Shown piece after piece: positions 45,809 to 55,850 of a stretch of 64,000 nucleotides of DNA. The stretch's first letter is position 1, and each line of letters opens with the position of its first letter. Source of the DNA: Flavobacteriales bacterium (lineage in GTDB: Bacteria; Bacteroidota; Bacteroidia; Flavobacteriales_C; CBFIFL01); NCBI GenBank assembly GCA_965661855.1, contig CBFIFL010000002.1, positions 8,270 to 72,269 on the forward strand. The letters are read 5' to 3'. Under the pieces are notes generated by a model. The model was not told the origin of the DNA. It did no database searches and saw only the letters and a list, made by a program, of their open reading frames with translations. The position numbers and the translations under genes are program-made.

Positions 45809-48533
45809 ATTTCTAGCTGAGGTTGCAGAAGATTTATTGGCTTCGGTTGTAGACCTCGAAAAACATATTTGCGTCATCCCTAATAAAAGGATGGCGCTTT
45901 TTTTGAAGCGAGAATTACAGAAACAATCGAATAAACCGGGGTTTCTTCCTCTGTTTGTAACTACTTCGGATTTATTAGAAAAGATTACTCCTTATAAAGT
46001 ATTGGGTGGTTTAGATGCCAGTATTCAATTGTATATCTCTTATTTGAAGGTTGCTGAAGAAACAATTGAATTCAAAGAGTTCCTTTCATGGGGGAGTCAA
46101 GTATTGAGAGATTTCAACGATATAGATTTATATCAAGTAGATCAAAAAAAACTGTTTTCTTATGTTTCAGATGCGCGTGCCATTGAGGTGTGGAATGTGG
46201 ACGGAACGGAAATAACTCCTTTTCAAGAAAGGTATTTAAAGTTTTGGAAAAGCCTTGGAAGTCTTTATTATCAATTCAAAGAAGATTTAAAAGCAAATGA
46301 TAATGCTTATTCCGGAATGGCTTATTCTTACATGAACGAGTATTTTTCTAAGTTGGAAAGTCATTTTGAAGGCTATCAGTTTTCGGTAATTGGTTTCAAC
46401 GCATTGTCTAAAGTTGAACGTTCGATATTTAAGAAAATAGAATCAGCCTTTAATGCTAAGTTTTATTGGGATACAGATCAGTTTTCATTGGAGGATGATT
46501 CAATGGAGTCTGCCTTGTTTCTAAGAAGATTGGTGAAAGATTTCAATTCTTTTGAAAACACTTTTGATAGTCGTGAGATCAAGAAAAGTATAAAGGTTAT
46601 TCCTTGTGCTCAAACGGTTTTACAAGGTAAATATGTAGCGCAAGAGCTTAAGAATTTAAGGACAGATGATAATCTTGAAACAGCGGTTCTTTTGGCTGAT
46701 GAGAATTTATTGATTCCAACTCTTAATGCTTTTGATGATACATTGGATGCGCCAAATGTAAGTATGGGGTATACCATTAAAAACACGGCGATTTTCTCTT
46801 TTATTGAAGTGTTGATCGATCTGAAGGTTCGTCAGGCTAGACAAAATTCGAATTCAATTTATTACAAGGATATTTTAAGGTTGTTTGAACATGAATTCGG
46901 ACAGTTGTTGATTAGTTCAATTTCTTGGAATAAGCTAAGAAAGACTTTAGTAAAGAATAATACAGTTTACTGTTCTTCTAAATGGTTATCTGAATTTGAA
47001 GTTCACGAAGCTTTAAGCTCCTTTTTAAAGAGTGATTGGTCTAAAAGCTTTAGTTCAGAATACATTTCTGAATTCTTTAAAAAAGTACAACACGACTTGT
47101 CAAAGTCTGATTGGGAAAAGGAACAATTATTTATACTTCAGTCTAAGTTGGAAGTCATCAATGAATACACCAAAGAATATTCGTTTTTGAATGATTATCA
47201 AGTTATAAGAAAGATATATCGACAATTATTGAGTCAAGAACAACTTGATTTAAGAGGGGAGCCATTGAGTGGAGTTCAGGTGATGGGATTGTTGGAGAGT
47301 AGAGGACTTGATTTTAAGAATGTGTTTATCACTTCAGTCAATGAAGATGTGTTTCCGAAAGCAGATCGAAAAGATTCGTTTATTCCTTATGACATTAAGG
47401 TTCAGTTTGGGATGCCAACATGGAAAGAGAAAGATGCGGTTTATGCCTACTATTTCTATAGAGCTATTCAAAGAGCTGAGCAAGTGTACTTATGTTATTC
47501 AGAACAAGGAGGAGAAACGGGTGGAGCAGAAAAGAGTAGATTTATTTCTCAGTTACGATTTGAATGGGAGGAGACGCATAAAGTGGATAATACCTTGGAA
47601 TGGGTTCAAAACGAAAGTATTATTCAGGGAAATGCGCAATTGGCTCGAAAAATCAATATGTCTGCAGATATTCAAGATAGATTGAAGGAATGGATGAGTA
47701 GAAAAGTGTCACCATCTGCTTTGAATACCTATCTAGATTGTACCATGAACTTTTATTATCAATATGTTCTAAGGTTAGGAGAAATTGATGAAGTAGAAGA
47801 AACAATAAGTGATTCTACATTCGGTTCCATTATACATGCTGTTCTAGAAGATTTGTTTGAGCCTCATTTAGAAAAGGATATTAAGGAAGACGATTGGGAT
47901 AAGATGTTAGTGCTTTATCCAGCATTATTAAAGAAAAGATATGCTGAAGGATTAAAGGATTCTAGTTTTGATAGCGGTAAAAACTATTTGTCTTATAAAG
48001 TAGCGTCCAATTATATCAAGCGATTCATTAGTATTCAGAAAGAGGAGTGGCGCGATGTCTATTTTGAAAAACTGAAGGTGAATGCTTTAGAGCAGACATT
48101 AGAAGGGAAGTTGACTTTAAAGAATCAATGGGAGGTTAATATCTACGGAAACATTGATAGGATAGATGATGTAAACGGAAAAATCAGAGTAGTTGACTAT
48201 AAGTCGGGTAATGTTCAAGCGAGTGATTTGAGTGTGAAAACGATTCCTGATTTACTGAAAAAACCAAAAGCGTTTCAGCTAATGATATATGCTTGGTTGT
48301 ATTATAAGAACTCTGGATTAGTACCAGTTTCTGCTGGAAATATATCCTTTCAGAACATGAAGGAGTTTTTTCTTCCGGTTAAAATTGCTGGAAGTGAAAT
48401 TTTAAATCAAGCCGTATTAGAAGAGTTTGAAAGTATACTAAAGGTTCTTTTAGAAGATATGTCATCTGCTGAAAATGTATTCGTGCATGCAGAAGAAAGT
48501 ACTAAAGGAAAGTATTGTGAATACTGTGTTTAA
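45801..48533 (+). CDS. AddB-like inactive helicase / PD-(D/E)XK nuclease
   Basis: PNKR, QVMGLLESRGLDF, SPSALNTYLDC, GNIDRID..VVDYKSG, FQL..Y, CEYC; GTG start. Confidence 0.85.
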   Translation: MSKFLAEVAEDLLASVVDLEKHICVIPNKRMALFLKRELQKQSNKPGFLPLFVTTSDLLEKITPYKVLGGLDASIQLYISYLKVAEETIEFKEFLSWGSQVLRDFNDIDLYQVDQKKLFSYVSDARAIEVWNVDGTEITPFQERYLKFWKSLGSLYYQFKEDLKANDNAYSGMAYSYMNEYFSKLESHFEGYQFSVIGFNALSKVERSIFKKIESAFNAKFYWDTDQFSLEDDSMESALFLRRLVKDFNSFENTFDSREIKKSIKVIPCAQTVLQGKYVAQELKNLRTDDNLETAVLLADENLLIPTLNAFDDTLDAPNVSMGYTIKNTAIFSFIEVLIDLKVRQARQNSNSIYYKDILRLFEHEFGQLLISSISWNKLRKTLVKNNTVYCSSKWLSEFEVHEALSSFLKSDWSKSFSSEYISEFFKKVQHDLSKSDWEKEQLFILQSKLEVINEYTKEYSFLNDYQVIRKIYRQLLSQEQLDLRGEPLSGVQVMGLLESRGLDFKNVFITSVNEDVFPKADRKDSFIPYDIKVQFGMPTWKEKDAVYAYYFYRAIQRAEQVYLCYSEQGGETGGAEKSRFISQLRFEWEETHKVDNTLEWVQNESIIQGNAQLARKINMSADIQDRLKEWMSRKVSPSALNTYLDCTMNFYYQYVLRLGEIDEVEETISDSTFGSIIHAVLEDLFEPHLEKDIKEDDWDKMLVLYPALLKKRYAEGLKDSSFDSGKNYLSYKVASNYIKRFISIQKEEWRDVYFEKLKVNALEQTLEGKLTLKNQWEVNIYGNIDRIDDVNGKIRVVDYKSGNVQASDLSVKTIPDLLKKPKAFQLMIYAWLYYKNSGLVPVSAGNISFQNMKEFFLPVKIAGSEILNQAVLEEFESILKVLLEDMSSAENVFVHAEESTKGKYCEYCV

Positions 48534-48542
48534 GTAAAAAAA

Positions 48543-48855
48543 AGACAGGCCTATAAGCCGGATTCTGTCGAGTTTTGTCATTTATCTTCGCAGTCTACCC
48601 TCCAAGTTCACGCGAGCAGCGCTCAAGCCTTGGTTTATTTGACTTTGCAACCCAAAAGGTTTTCCTAGCTATAAAGATTACTCTCTATACTGGTGAGCTC
48701 TTACTTCACCGTTTCACCCTTACCGCGCAAATGCGAGGCGGTTTACTTTCTGTGGCACTCTCTGTCTCCGTAAAACGGATCCCACGCTTTCGAATGGTTT
48801 GGTGCTCTATGTTGTCCGGACTTTCCTCTCTTACGAGCGACAAAACAGCCTGTCT
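48543..48855 (-). ncRNA. rnpB: RNase P RNA
   Basis: GAGGAAAGTCCGGAC and ACAGAATCCGGCTTAT universal motifs; P1 AGACAGGC/GCCTGTCT; TAACTTTG -7 element at 48861-48868. Confidence 0.95.
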
Positions 48856-48954
48856 GTTTACAAAGTTAGTTTTTATCGTTGATAAGTTGCTCTTTATGAG
48901 TGCATATCTGAAATTTCAATGAACTATATTTGATTATTGTTTCGTTTTAACCTT

Positions 48955-50571
48955 ATGAAAAGACTGTTTTTTCTTCTGTTTATTTCGGTGATCTTATTGT
49001 CTTGCGGGACAAGTAGCTCTGATTATTCTAACATTTTCAGGTATAATGAGAAAGACGCTGGTATCTCGACGCTTGATCCAATTATGGCTAACGATATGCA
49101 TCACAATTGGATATTCAATATGTTATACAATGGATTGGTTTCTTTAGATAATTCTTTAAATGTGGTTCCTGCAATAGCCAAATCATGGACGGTTAATGAA
49201 TCTGGTACTGAATATGTATTTCACTTAAGAGATGATGTGTTTTTTCACGATCATCCTTTATTTCCTGAAGGAGAAGGAAGAAAGGTGAAAGCCAAAGATT
49301 TTGAAGCTAGTTTTAAAAGGATTATCGAAGAGAAAAGAGGTTTGTCAACTTTTACGGATAGATTAAAGAAGACTGGAGATTCAAATGGTATAAAAGCAAT
49401 GGATGATTTTACATTGAAGATATCTTTAGAAAGTCCATTCCCTCCATTGTTAGGTGTTTTAGCTATGCAGAATTATTCCGTTTTACCAGTTGACTTAGTG
49501 GATAAGCTGGGTGAAGATTTCAGAGCAAACCCAATTGGTACGGGGCCTTTCAAATTTGCAGGTTGGACTGAAGAAAGTAGGCTGGTTGTTATTAAAAACG
49601 ATTCTTATTTCGAAATCGATAAAGAAGGAGAGTCTTTACCGTATTTAGACGGTGTGGAAGTAACTTTTATTAAAGATCCATATTCAGAATACATGAACTT
49701 CAAAAAAGGGAGTTATGACATGATTTCAGGAATAGAAGGAGCTGTAAGAGATCAGTTGATCGATGAAAACGGAAAGGTAAAAGAGAAGTTTGGAGATCAG
49801 TTTGTAATGGATAGTCGACCATTTCTAAATACAGAATACCTTGGTTTTATAGTGGATGGAGAAGATAATGTTTACAACAATAAGTACTTAAGACAAGCTA
49901 TTAACTATACCATTGATAGAAGAAACATGATTCGTTTTATTAAAAATGGAATGGGTCAAGCTGCTGAGAATGGATTTGTACCAAGAGGTTTTGCGGATCA
50001 TAATCCAGATAACATTAAAGGGTATAAATTAGATTTAGATAAAGCGAGAATTTTATTAGAAGCTGCTGGTTATCCAGGAGGCAAAGGTCTACCAGAAGTG
50101 GTTATTTATACAACACCAACTTATAAAGAATTGTGTGAGTTTATGCAGTATCAATTAAAGCAGATTGGAATTCCTGTTAAAGTAGAAGTTAATAGTCCAT
50201 TAGTGACTAGAGAGAATGTTTCTAACGGAACGTTTAAATTCTTTAGAAAATCTTGGATAGCGGATTATCCAGATCCAGAGAATTATTTATCGCTATTCTA
50301 TTCAAAGTTTAAAGCTCCTATCGGACCCAATTACACACATTTTAATTCTCCTGTTTATGATTCTTTGTATTTGCTTTCTTTGAATACACTTGAGGCGGAG
50401 AGTAGGAAAGAGCTTTATGAGCAGATGGATCAAATGATCATGGATGAAGCACCTGTAGTACCTTTGTTTTATGATGTTTCGTTTCGATTGTATCAAAAGA
50501 ATATTACAGGCTTGAAGAACAATCCAATTAATCTATTGGATTTAAGGAGGACTAAGAAGTTAGCTAACTAG
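48955..50571 (+). CDS. ABC transporter substrate-binding lipoprotein, family 5
   Basis: Lipobox LLSC; TLDP, PAIAKSW, FHLRDDVFFHD, PIGTGPFK, WIADYPDPENYL. Confidence 0.9.
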   Translation: MKRLFFLLFISVILLSCGTSSSDYSNIFRYNEKDAGISTLDPIMANDMHHNWIFNMLYNGLVSLDNSLNVVPAIAKSWTVNESGTEYVFHLRDDVFFHDHPLFPEGEGRKVKAKDFEASFKRIIEEKRGLSTFTDRLKKTGDSNGIKAMDDFTLKISLESPFPPLLGVLAMQNYSVLPVDLVDKLGEDFRANPIGTGPFKFAGWTEESRLVVIKNDSYFEIDKEGESLPYLDGVEVTFIKDPYSEYMNFKKGSYDMISGIEGAVRDQLIDENGKVKEKFGDQFVMDSRPFLNTEYLGFIVDGEDNVYNNKYLRQAINYTIDRRNMIRFIKNGMGQAAENGFVPRGFADHNPDNIKGYKLDLDKARILLEAAGYPGGKGLPEVVIYTTPTYKELCEFMQYQLKQIGIPVKVEVNSPLVTRENVSNGTFKFFRKSWIADYPDPENYLSLFYSKFKAPIGPNYTHFNSPVYDSLYLLSLNTLEAESRKELYEQMDQMIMDEAPVVPLFYDVSFRLYQKNITGLKNNPINLLDLRRTKKLAN

Positions 50572-51027
50572 TTATTTCTTCACCGCCTTTTCATATGTTT
50601 CAATCCACTGATCAACACTAATCTTTGCACTAAGTCTTCCTATTAAATCATAAGGGATTTCCTTTTTAGGATTCAATCGAATACAGCTTTTACCTATATT
50701 TAATTTCCCAATTTCTAGTTTAGTCCATTCTTCTTCAAATCATTTTAACAACTCTGGATCAGAGTAAATTCCCATATGATAGACTCCAATGTGGTTCTTT
50801 TGGGAAGCTAAATTTATGAACGGCAATGGAAGTTTTGTGTTGCAATGATAACCAGATGGGTAGATGCTGTGAGGTACAACATATCCAATCATACCATAGT
50901 TGATTTCTTCATTGAAACCTGCTGGAAGATTTGACTTCACAGCTTTTCTAAGGTTCTCGATAATTTCTTTTCTACTCTCTTCTAATTGAGAAATATATTC
51001 TGAAACAGTACTGATGGATGTGCTCAT
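50572..51027 (-). pseudogene. DUF1801 family gene interrupted by an in-frame TGA (50740-50742)
   Basis: The frame continues after TGA: ...DPELLK*FEEEWTKLEIGKLNIGKSCIRLNPKKEIPYDLIGRL...WIETYEKAVKK, then TAA at 50572-50574. Confidence 0.8.
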
Positions 51028-51102
51028 TGAAAAATATTTGAAATAAAATTATGGAATATTTCTTCTACTCACACCTTGTTAGTAAATCAAAACTAAAGAA
51101 CT

Positions 51103-51447
51103 ATGAAAATGTTTAAAATCAAGGACCCATGTAGCGAAGATTGGCCAAGTATGACACCAGAGGAAAAAGGTGAATTCTGTGATAAATGTTCGAAGGCTAT
51201 ACATGATTTTACTGAAAAGAGCGATCAAGAAATATCTGATACGATCAAGGATTCAGTTGAACAGGTTTGTGGTCATTTTCGTAAATCTCAAATTAATAGA
51301 TCAATTGTAGCAGATAATCCAGTTTCAAAAAACAAGTCTATTGTTTTAGGAGCACTTGCTGTATTAGGCGGTATTGGAGTTGTTGCCGTTCCAGAAGCTA
51401 ATGAACCTATGATGGGAAAGGTAGCCGTTGTGCAGCAACAGGTATAA
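51103..51447 (+). CDS. Cys-rich small protein (PC..W..M....G.FC..C...DFT...CG.F module plus TM)
   Basis: Matches the N-terminal module seen on Bacteroidota carboxypeptidase-regulatory-like proteins; here it stands alone. Confidence 0.65.
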   Translation: MKMFKIKDPCSEDWPSMTPEEKGEFCDKCSKAIHDFTEKSDQEISDTIKDSVEQVCGHFRKSQINRSIVADNPVSKNKSIVLGALAVLGGIGVVAVPEANEPMMGKVAVVQQQV

Positions 51448-51616
51448 GGATTTACGTAATAGGGACTGAAATTTCAAATGGATATCACTGAGGGAAAATC
51501 GGAGGTTTTCTTATGTCTACGCTCTGAACTTATATTCTAAATATTAAAGATTTAAATACACAAGAAAGCAGTAGTAACAAGGTGTTAGTGAATTAAATCT
51601 TTATTACCTTGCAGAC

Positions 51617-51814
51617 ATGAAAGAAGGTTTTTTTTCTGAAGGTAGAATTCAGTTTATAATATTTTTTTTAGCAGTCTTTGCTATTGGCCTTATATGGGCG
51701 TATCGAAAGGATATCGCTCGAAGTAAGGTGTTTTTTAAAGGGTCTTGGAAGTTTTTAATTGGATTTGTTGTGGTAGCTGCGTTATTGCAACTATTGGTTA
51801 AAGTTCTTTTCTAA
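51617..51814 (+). CDS. Small two-TM hypothetical protein
   Basis: Coupled (TAATG) to the bestrophin gene; WAYRKD motif. Confidence 0.65.
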   Translation: MKEGFFSEGRIQFIIFFLAVFAIGLIWAYRKDIARSKVFFKGSWKFLIGFVVVAALLQLLVKVLF

Positions 51815-52662
51815 TGATCAAATACAATCCAAAAGTTTGGTTTTCATTGATATTTCACTCTTTTCGAGGTGAAACGTTCAAGATGCTTATTCCTGTTGTT
51901 CTAGTTATAGGAGCTATAACAACGGCAATTGCATTTATTGAATTACACTACTTTCCGGATTTAGTTGGATCTACCATAACCATACATTCTTTGCTCGGTA
52001 TCGTTTTAGGTTTGTTTCTAGTCTTTAGAACAAATACAGCCTATGACAGATGGTGGGAAGGAAGAAAGTTATGGGGTGCAATGGTGAATAATTGCCGAAA
52101 TATGGCGATTAAGTTTTCAGTGTTAGATTTAAGTAAAGAAGAGAAAGATCACTTAGCATTAAATATCTCGGATTACGTATACGCTATGAAAGAGCATTTA
52201 CGTGATGGGGTGAAATTGGAAGAGTTGAAGAATCAATCCGATATTGAGAATGCCGATCATATACCCAATTTTATAAGTCGTAAAATTTACACTTTTCTTC
52301 AAAAGCTATATTCGGATAATCGCATTTCCGGAGAAGAGCTGTTGATGTTAGATAAAGAGATTAAGTCCTTAACCGATATTATAGGTGGTTGTGAACGTAT
52401 AAAAAACACTCCAATACCTTATAGTTACTCGGCATACATGAAGAAATTCATTTTCGTTTATGTACTAACTCTTCCGTTGGGTATTGTGCCTCAGTTCGAT
52501 TATTGGTCGATTCCTATTGTAATGACTGTCTTTTACTTTTTAGTAAGCATCGAGTTAATAGCGGAGGAAATTGAGGATCCTTTTGGTAGAGATGCAAATG
52601 ATCTTCCTATAGATGAACTTTGCGCTAAGATTACTTCAAATACTAAGTCCTTACTATCATGA
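51814..52662 (+). CDS. Bestrophin family channel
   Basis: LVFRTNTAYDRWWEGR, CERIKNTPIP, EEIEDPFG..NDLP. Confidence 0.92.
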   Translation: MIKYNPKVWFSLIFHSFRGETFKMLIPVVLVIGAITTAIAFIELHYFPDLVGSTITIHSLLGIVLGLFLVFRTNTAYDRWWEGRKLWGAMVNNCRNMAIKFSVLDLSKEEKDHLALNISDYVYAMKEHLRDGVKLEELKNQSDIENADHIPNFISRKIYTFLQKLYSDNRISGEELLMLDKEIKSLTDIIGGCERIKNTPIPYSYSAYMKKFIFVYVLTLPLGIVPQFDYWSIPIVMTVFYFLVSIELIAEEIEDPFGRDANDLPIDELCAKITSNTKSLLS

Positions 52663-52931
52663 TGATCTATCAGAAAATAATAGTACATGGAAAGGTACAA
52701 GGAGTTTCTTTCAGAAAATCTGCGGCTCAAAAGGCCAATGAGCTATCGGTGAAAGGCTACGTTATGAACTTGTCTGATGGAACGGTTATGATGGAGGCTG
52801 AAGGTTATCAAGCTAGCATGGATGAGTTTATAGAATGGTGTTATATCGGTTCGGTTATGTCTGATGTAAAGAAGATTGATATAATGTCAGGAGAAGTCAA
52901 AGGATATAAATCTTTCAGAATTAAAAAATGA
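52659..52931 (+). CDS. acyP: Acylphosphatase
   Basis: GKVQGVSFR, GYVMNLSDG. Confidence 0.92.
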   Translation: MMIYQKIIVHGKVQGVSFRKSAAQKANELSVKGYVMNLSDGTVMMEAEGYQASMDEFIEWCYIGSVMSDVKKIDIMSGEVKGYKSFRIKK

Positions 52932-53239
52932 CTACAGTTTTCTATTCTACCATTGATAGCTTGGATAAAGCAAATGTTTTAGCTGAAGGTTTACTTAGCA
53001 ATAAACTTGCTTCATGTGTAAATATAATTCCAGGTATGCAGTCCATGTATATGTGGGAAGGGAAGTTATGCAAAGAAGAAGAGCTCGTCTTAATAATCAA
53101 ATCCACCAAGGATAAGTTTTCAGAAATAGAAGAGTATTGTAAAGAACACCATGTATATGATGTTCCTTGCTTAATGGAGTTGTCAGTTGGTAATGTATCA
53201 GGTGGTTATGGGGATTGGTTAATGAATCAATTAAAGTAA
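52928..53239 (+). CDS. cutA: Divalent-cation tolerance protein CutA
   Basis: LASCVNI, SMYMWEG, HVYDVP. Confidence 0.9.
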   Translation: MTTVFYSTIDSLDKANVLAEGLLSNKLASCVNIIPGMQSMYMWEGKLCKEEELVLIIKSTKDKFSEIEEYCKEHHVYDVPCLMELSVGNVSGGYGDWLMNQLK

Positions 53240-54597
53240 TGAACGAGCATTTATCCCTCTCTGAATTAAACGGTTTAATTCGCGAAGCACTAGAGATGAA
53301 CTTCGTGGAAGGAGTTTGGGTAGTTGCTGAAATAGCTAGTTTAAGGACTGCAGGTGCAGGTCATGCCTATTTCGAGTTGGTAGAAAAAGCAGGGGATAAA
53401 GTTCATGCTAAGATTAGAGCAAACTGTTGGCGTTATACTTATCGTCAAATTGCTTCGGAGTTTTTTAGAACAACCGGACAGACACTTGATGCTGGGTTGA
53501 AAGTATTGCTATATGTCGAATTGAGTTTTCATGAAGTATTTGGACTATCGTTAAATATAAAAGGAATTGATTCTGCGTACACTTTGGGTGATATGGCCAG
53601 AAGGAAGCAAGAGGTTATAGAGCGATTGACTAAAGAAAGATTGCTCGATCAAAACAAGGCTCTTGAATTACCTTTGGTAGTACAAAACATTGCCATCATA
53701 TCTTCAGAAGGCGCTGCTGGTTATGAGGATTTTATGGAACAGTTGTCAAGTAATGAGTATGGAATTAAGTTTTATACAGATTTGTATCAAGCTTCCATGC
53801 AGGGTGAAAAAACGAGTTCAGAGGTGACCTCAGCTTTGTTGGATATACAAGCTGCAGGAAAAGATTACGACGCGGTAGTTATAATTCGAGGAGGAGGTTC
53901 TAATATTGATTTGAATGCTTTTGATTCCTACGAAATAGCTAAAGCAATTGCCGTCTATCAATTTCCTGTTTTATCAGGAATTGGGCATGAACGCGATGAA
54001 AGTGTAGTGGATATTGTATCTAATCAAGCATTTAAAACTCCTACTGCTGTTGCACAGTTCATTATTGATACAGCCGCAGATTTACTTTACAATCTGGATC
54101 AGTTTAAACAAGAATTGAAAGAATTAGTAGAGAACAGGGTAGCTGAAGAAAAGCATGGAATGGAACGTATGGTTACCGTTATAGAGCGTCAGGGCTATGA
54201 AATGATTCAGAAACAAAAAGAGTTACTAGCAAAGACACATCAAAGTCTTCCATTGTTTGCTAAAGAAATGCTTCAAGGAAAACGACAAGTCTTGTCGAAT
54301 CTCTTTTCAAAAGTTTCTGAAGGGGTTTTGACAGAGTTGAAAGAGAAGGATAAAGATTTACTTAGAACAGCATTTAAGATAAAGTCGAAAACACAGGAGA
54401 TAATTAAGGGAGAACAGCAGGAATTAATACGAAAAGAACAATTTGTTAGATTGAATGATCCTGTTCGTTTGTTAGAAAAGGGCTATTCATTGACTTATTT
54501 TAAAGGAAAGATTATAAAGTCTTCCGATAAAGTTAAAAGGGGTGATGAGATAGAAATGAAGTTAAAAACAGGAAGTATAAAGGCAGAAGTTAAATAA
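53239..54597 (+). CDS. xseA: Exodeoxyribonuclease VII large subunit
   Basis: VWVVAEI, GHAYFEL, IIRGGGS, SGIGHERD, TPTAVA. Confidence 0.95.
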   Translation: MNEHLSLSELNGLIREALEMNFVEGVWVVAEIASLRTAGAGHAYFELVEKAGDKVHAKIRANCWRYTYRQIASEFFRTTGQTLDAGLKVLLYVELSFHEVFGLSLNIKGIDSAYTLGDMARRKQEVIERLTKERLLDQNKALELPLVVQNIAIISSEGAAGYEDFMEQLSSNEYGIKFYTDLYQASMQGEKTSSEVTSALLDIQAAGKDYDAVVIIRGGGSNIDLNAFDSYEIAKAIAVYQFPVLSGIGHERDESVVDIVSNQAFKTPTAVAQFIIDTAADLLYNLDQFKQELKELVENRVAEEKHGMERMVTVIERQGYEMIQKQKELLAKTHQSLPLFAKEMLQGKRQVLSNLFSKVSEGVLTELKEKDKDLLRTAFKIKSKTQEIIKGEQQELIRKEQFVRLNDPVRLLEKGYSLTYFKGKIIKSSDKVKRGDEIEMKLKTGSIKAEVK

Positions 54598-54598
54598 T

Positions 54599-54802
54599 AT
54601 GGCAAAGAAGGAAATCAAGTATTCGGATGCTTTAGAGGAGTTGAGTGAGATAGTAGATAAGATAGATAATGAAGAAGTAGATGTTGATGAATTAAGTGAA
54701 AATGTTAAAAAAGCATTGACACTCATTAAGTTATGCAAAACAAAACTTCAAAAGACCGAAGAAGAAGTACAGCAAGTTCTTAAAGAATTGGATGAAATTT
54801 AA
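54599..54802 (+). CDS. xseB: Exodeoxyribonuclease VII small subunit
   Basis: YSDALEELSEIV..LIKLCKTKL; follows xseA. Confidence 0.9.
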   Translation: MAKKEIKYSDALEELSEIVDKIDNEEVDVDELSENVKKALTLIKLCKTKLQKTEEEVQQVLKELDEI

Positions 54803-54816
54803 GCTATTTTTGCAGC

Positions 54817-55845
54817 ATGAAAACTAAAAAGGTTTTACTAACAGGAGGGGCCGGGTATATTGGTTCACATACAGCTGTGGCTTTGATTGAAAAAGGTTTT
54901 GAGCCGGTTATCGTAGATGATTTAAGAAACTCACATAGTTTTGTGATTTCGAATATTGAGGCGATTGTCGGGAGAAAAGTAATCTTTCATCAAGTTGACT
55001 GTTGTAATGAACAAGAGATGAGAGCTGTTTTCGAAGAGCATCAATCTTTTGAAGGTTTGATCCACTTTGCAGCATATAAAGCTGTTGGTGAATCTGTTGA
55101 TCATCCTACTATGTATTACAAAAACAACATTCAATCTTTGGTGTTAATATTGGATTTAATGAAGGAGTTTAAAGTAGATAACTTCATTTTTTCTTCAAGT
55201 TGTACGGTATATGGAATTCCGGATCATATACCTGTTACAGAGGCAACCCCTATGAAAGAGGCTAGTTCTCCATACGGTTATACAAAACAAGTTGGTGAAA
55301 GAATTTGTACGGATTGGTCGAATTCGAGTAATTCAAAAATCACTTTATTAAGATATTTTAATCCAGTAGGTGCACATGAAAGTGCGTTGCTAGGGGAATT
55401 ACCAATTGGAAAGCCTCAAAACTTAGTTCCATTTATCATGCAGTCAGCCATTGGTAAGCTAGGAGCCTTGACGGTTTATGGTAATGATTACGACACCAGA
55501 GATGGAAGTTGTATTAGAGACTATATCCATGTTGTTGATTTAGCTGAAGCACATGTTAGCGCATTGGAGAAATCGATTAATGATGGAGATCAGAAGGTTG
55601 TTTTAAACTTAGGTACTGGAAGAGGAGCAACAGTATTGGAACTAATCAATGCTTTTAAAGAAAGAACCGGTCAACAATTAGAATATTCGATTGGAGATAG
55701 AAGGTCAGGAGATGTTCCTGCTATTTATGCAGACTGTTCATTTGGAGAGTCTTACATAAATTGGAAAGCAAGATATTCCATGGAAGATGCTTTAGAGCAT
55801 GCTTGGAAATGGGAGAATTACATCAAAGAGAATCATAGTAATTAA
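54817..55845 (+). CDS. galE: UDP-glucose 4-epimerase
   Basis: TGGAGYIGSH, HFAAYKAVGES, YGYTK, LRYFNPVGAH, RDYIHVVDLA. Confidence 0.95.
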   Translation: MKTKKVLLTGGAGYIGSHTAVALIEKGFEPVIVDDLRNSHSFVISNIEAIVGRKVIFHQVDCCNEQEMRAVFEEHQSFEGLIHFAAYKAVGESVDHPTMYYKNNIQSLVLILDLMKEFKVDNFIFSSSCTVYGIPDHIPVTEATPMKEASSPYGYTKQVGERICTDWSNSSNSKITLLRYFNPVGAHESALLGELPIGKPQNLVPFIMQSAIGKLGALTVYGNDYDTRDGSCIRDYIHVVDLAEAHVSALEKSINDGDQKVVLNLGTGRGATVLELINAFKERTGQQLEYSIGDRRSGDVPAIYADCSFGESYINWKARYSMEDALEHAWKWENYIKENHSN

Positions 55846-55850
55846 GATCA

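Noticed and set aside
48543-48855. Compact RNase P RNA with a very short P3
   Set aside because: P3 length varies widely and the core motifs are normal; novelty cannot be supported without an alignment.
48575-48922. 115-aa ORF on the plus strand
   Set aside because: It is antisense to rnpB and spurious.
50740-50742. Genome-wide TGA=Trp recoding or selenocysteine
   Set aside because: Other genes end in TGA and use TGG for Trp; the position corresponds to Trp rather than Cys.
51617-55845. Bestrophin-acyP-cutA-xseAB-galE run as a functional system
   Set aside because: It looks like ordinary operon packing of unrelated housekeeping genes; galE has its own -7 element (54805-54812).
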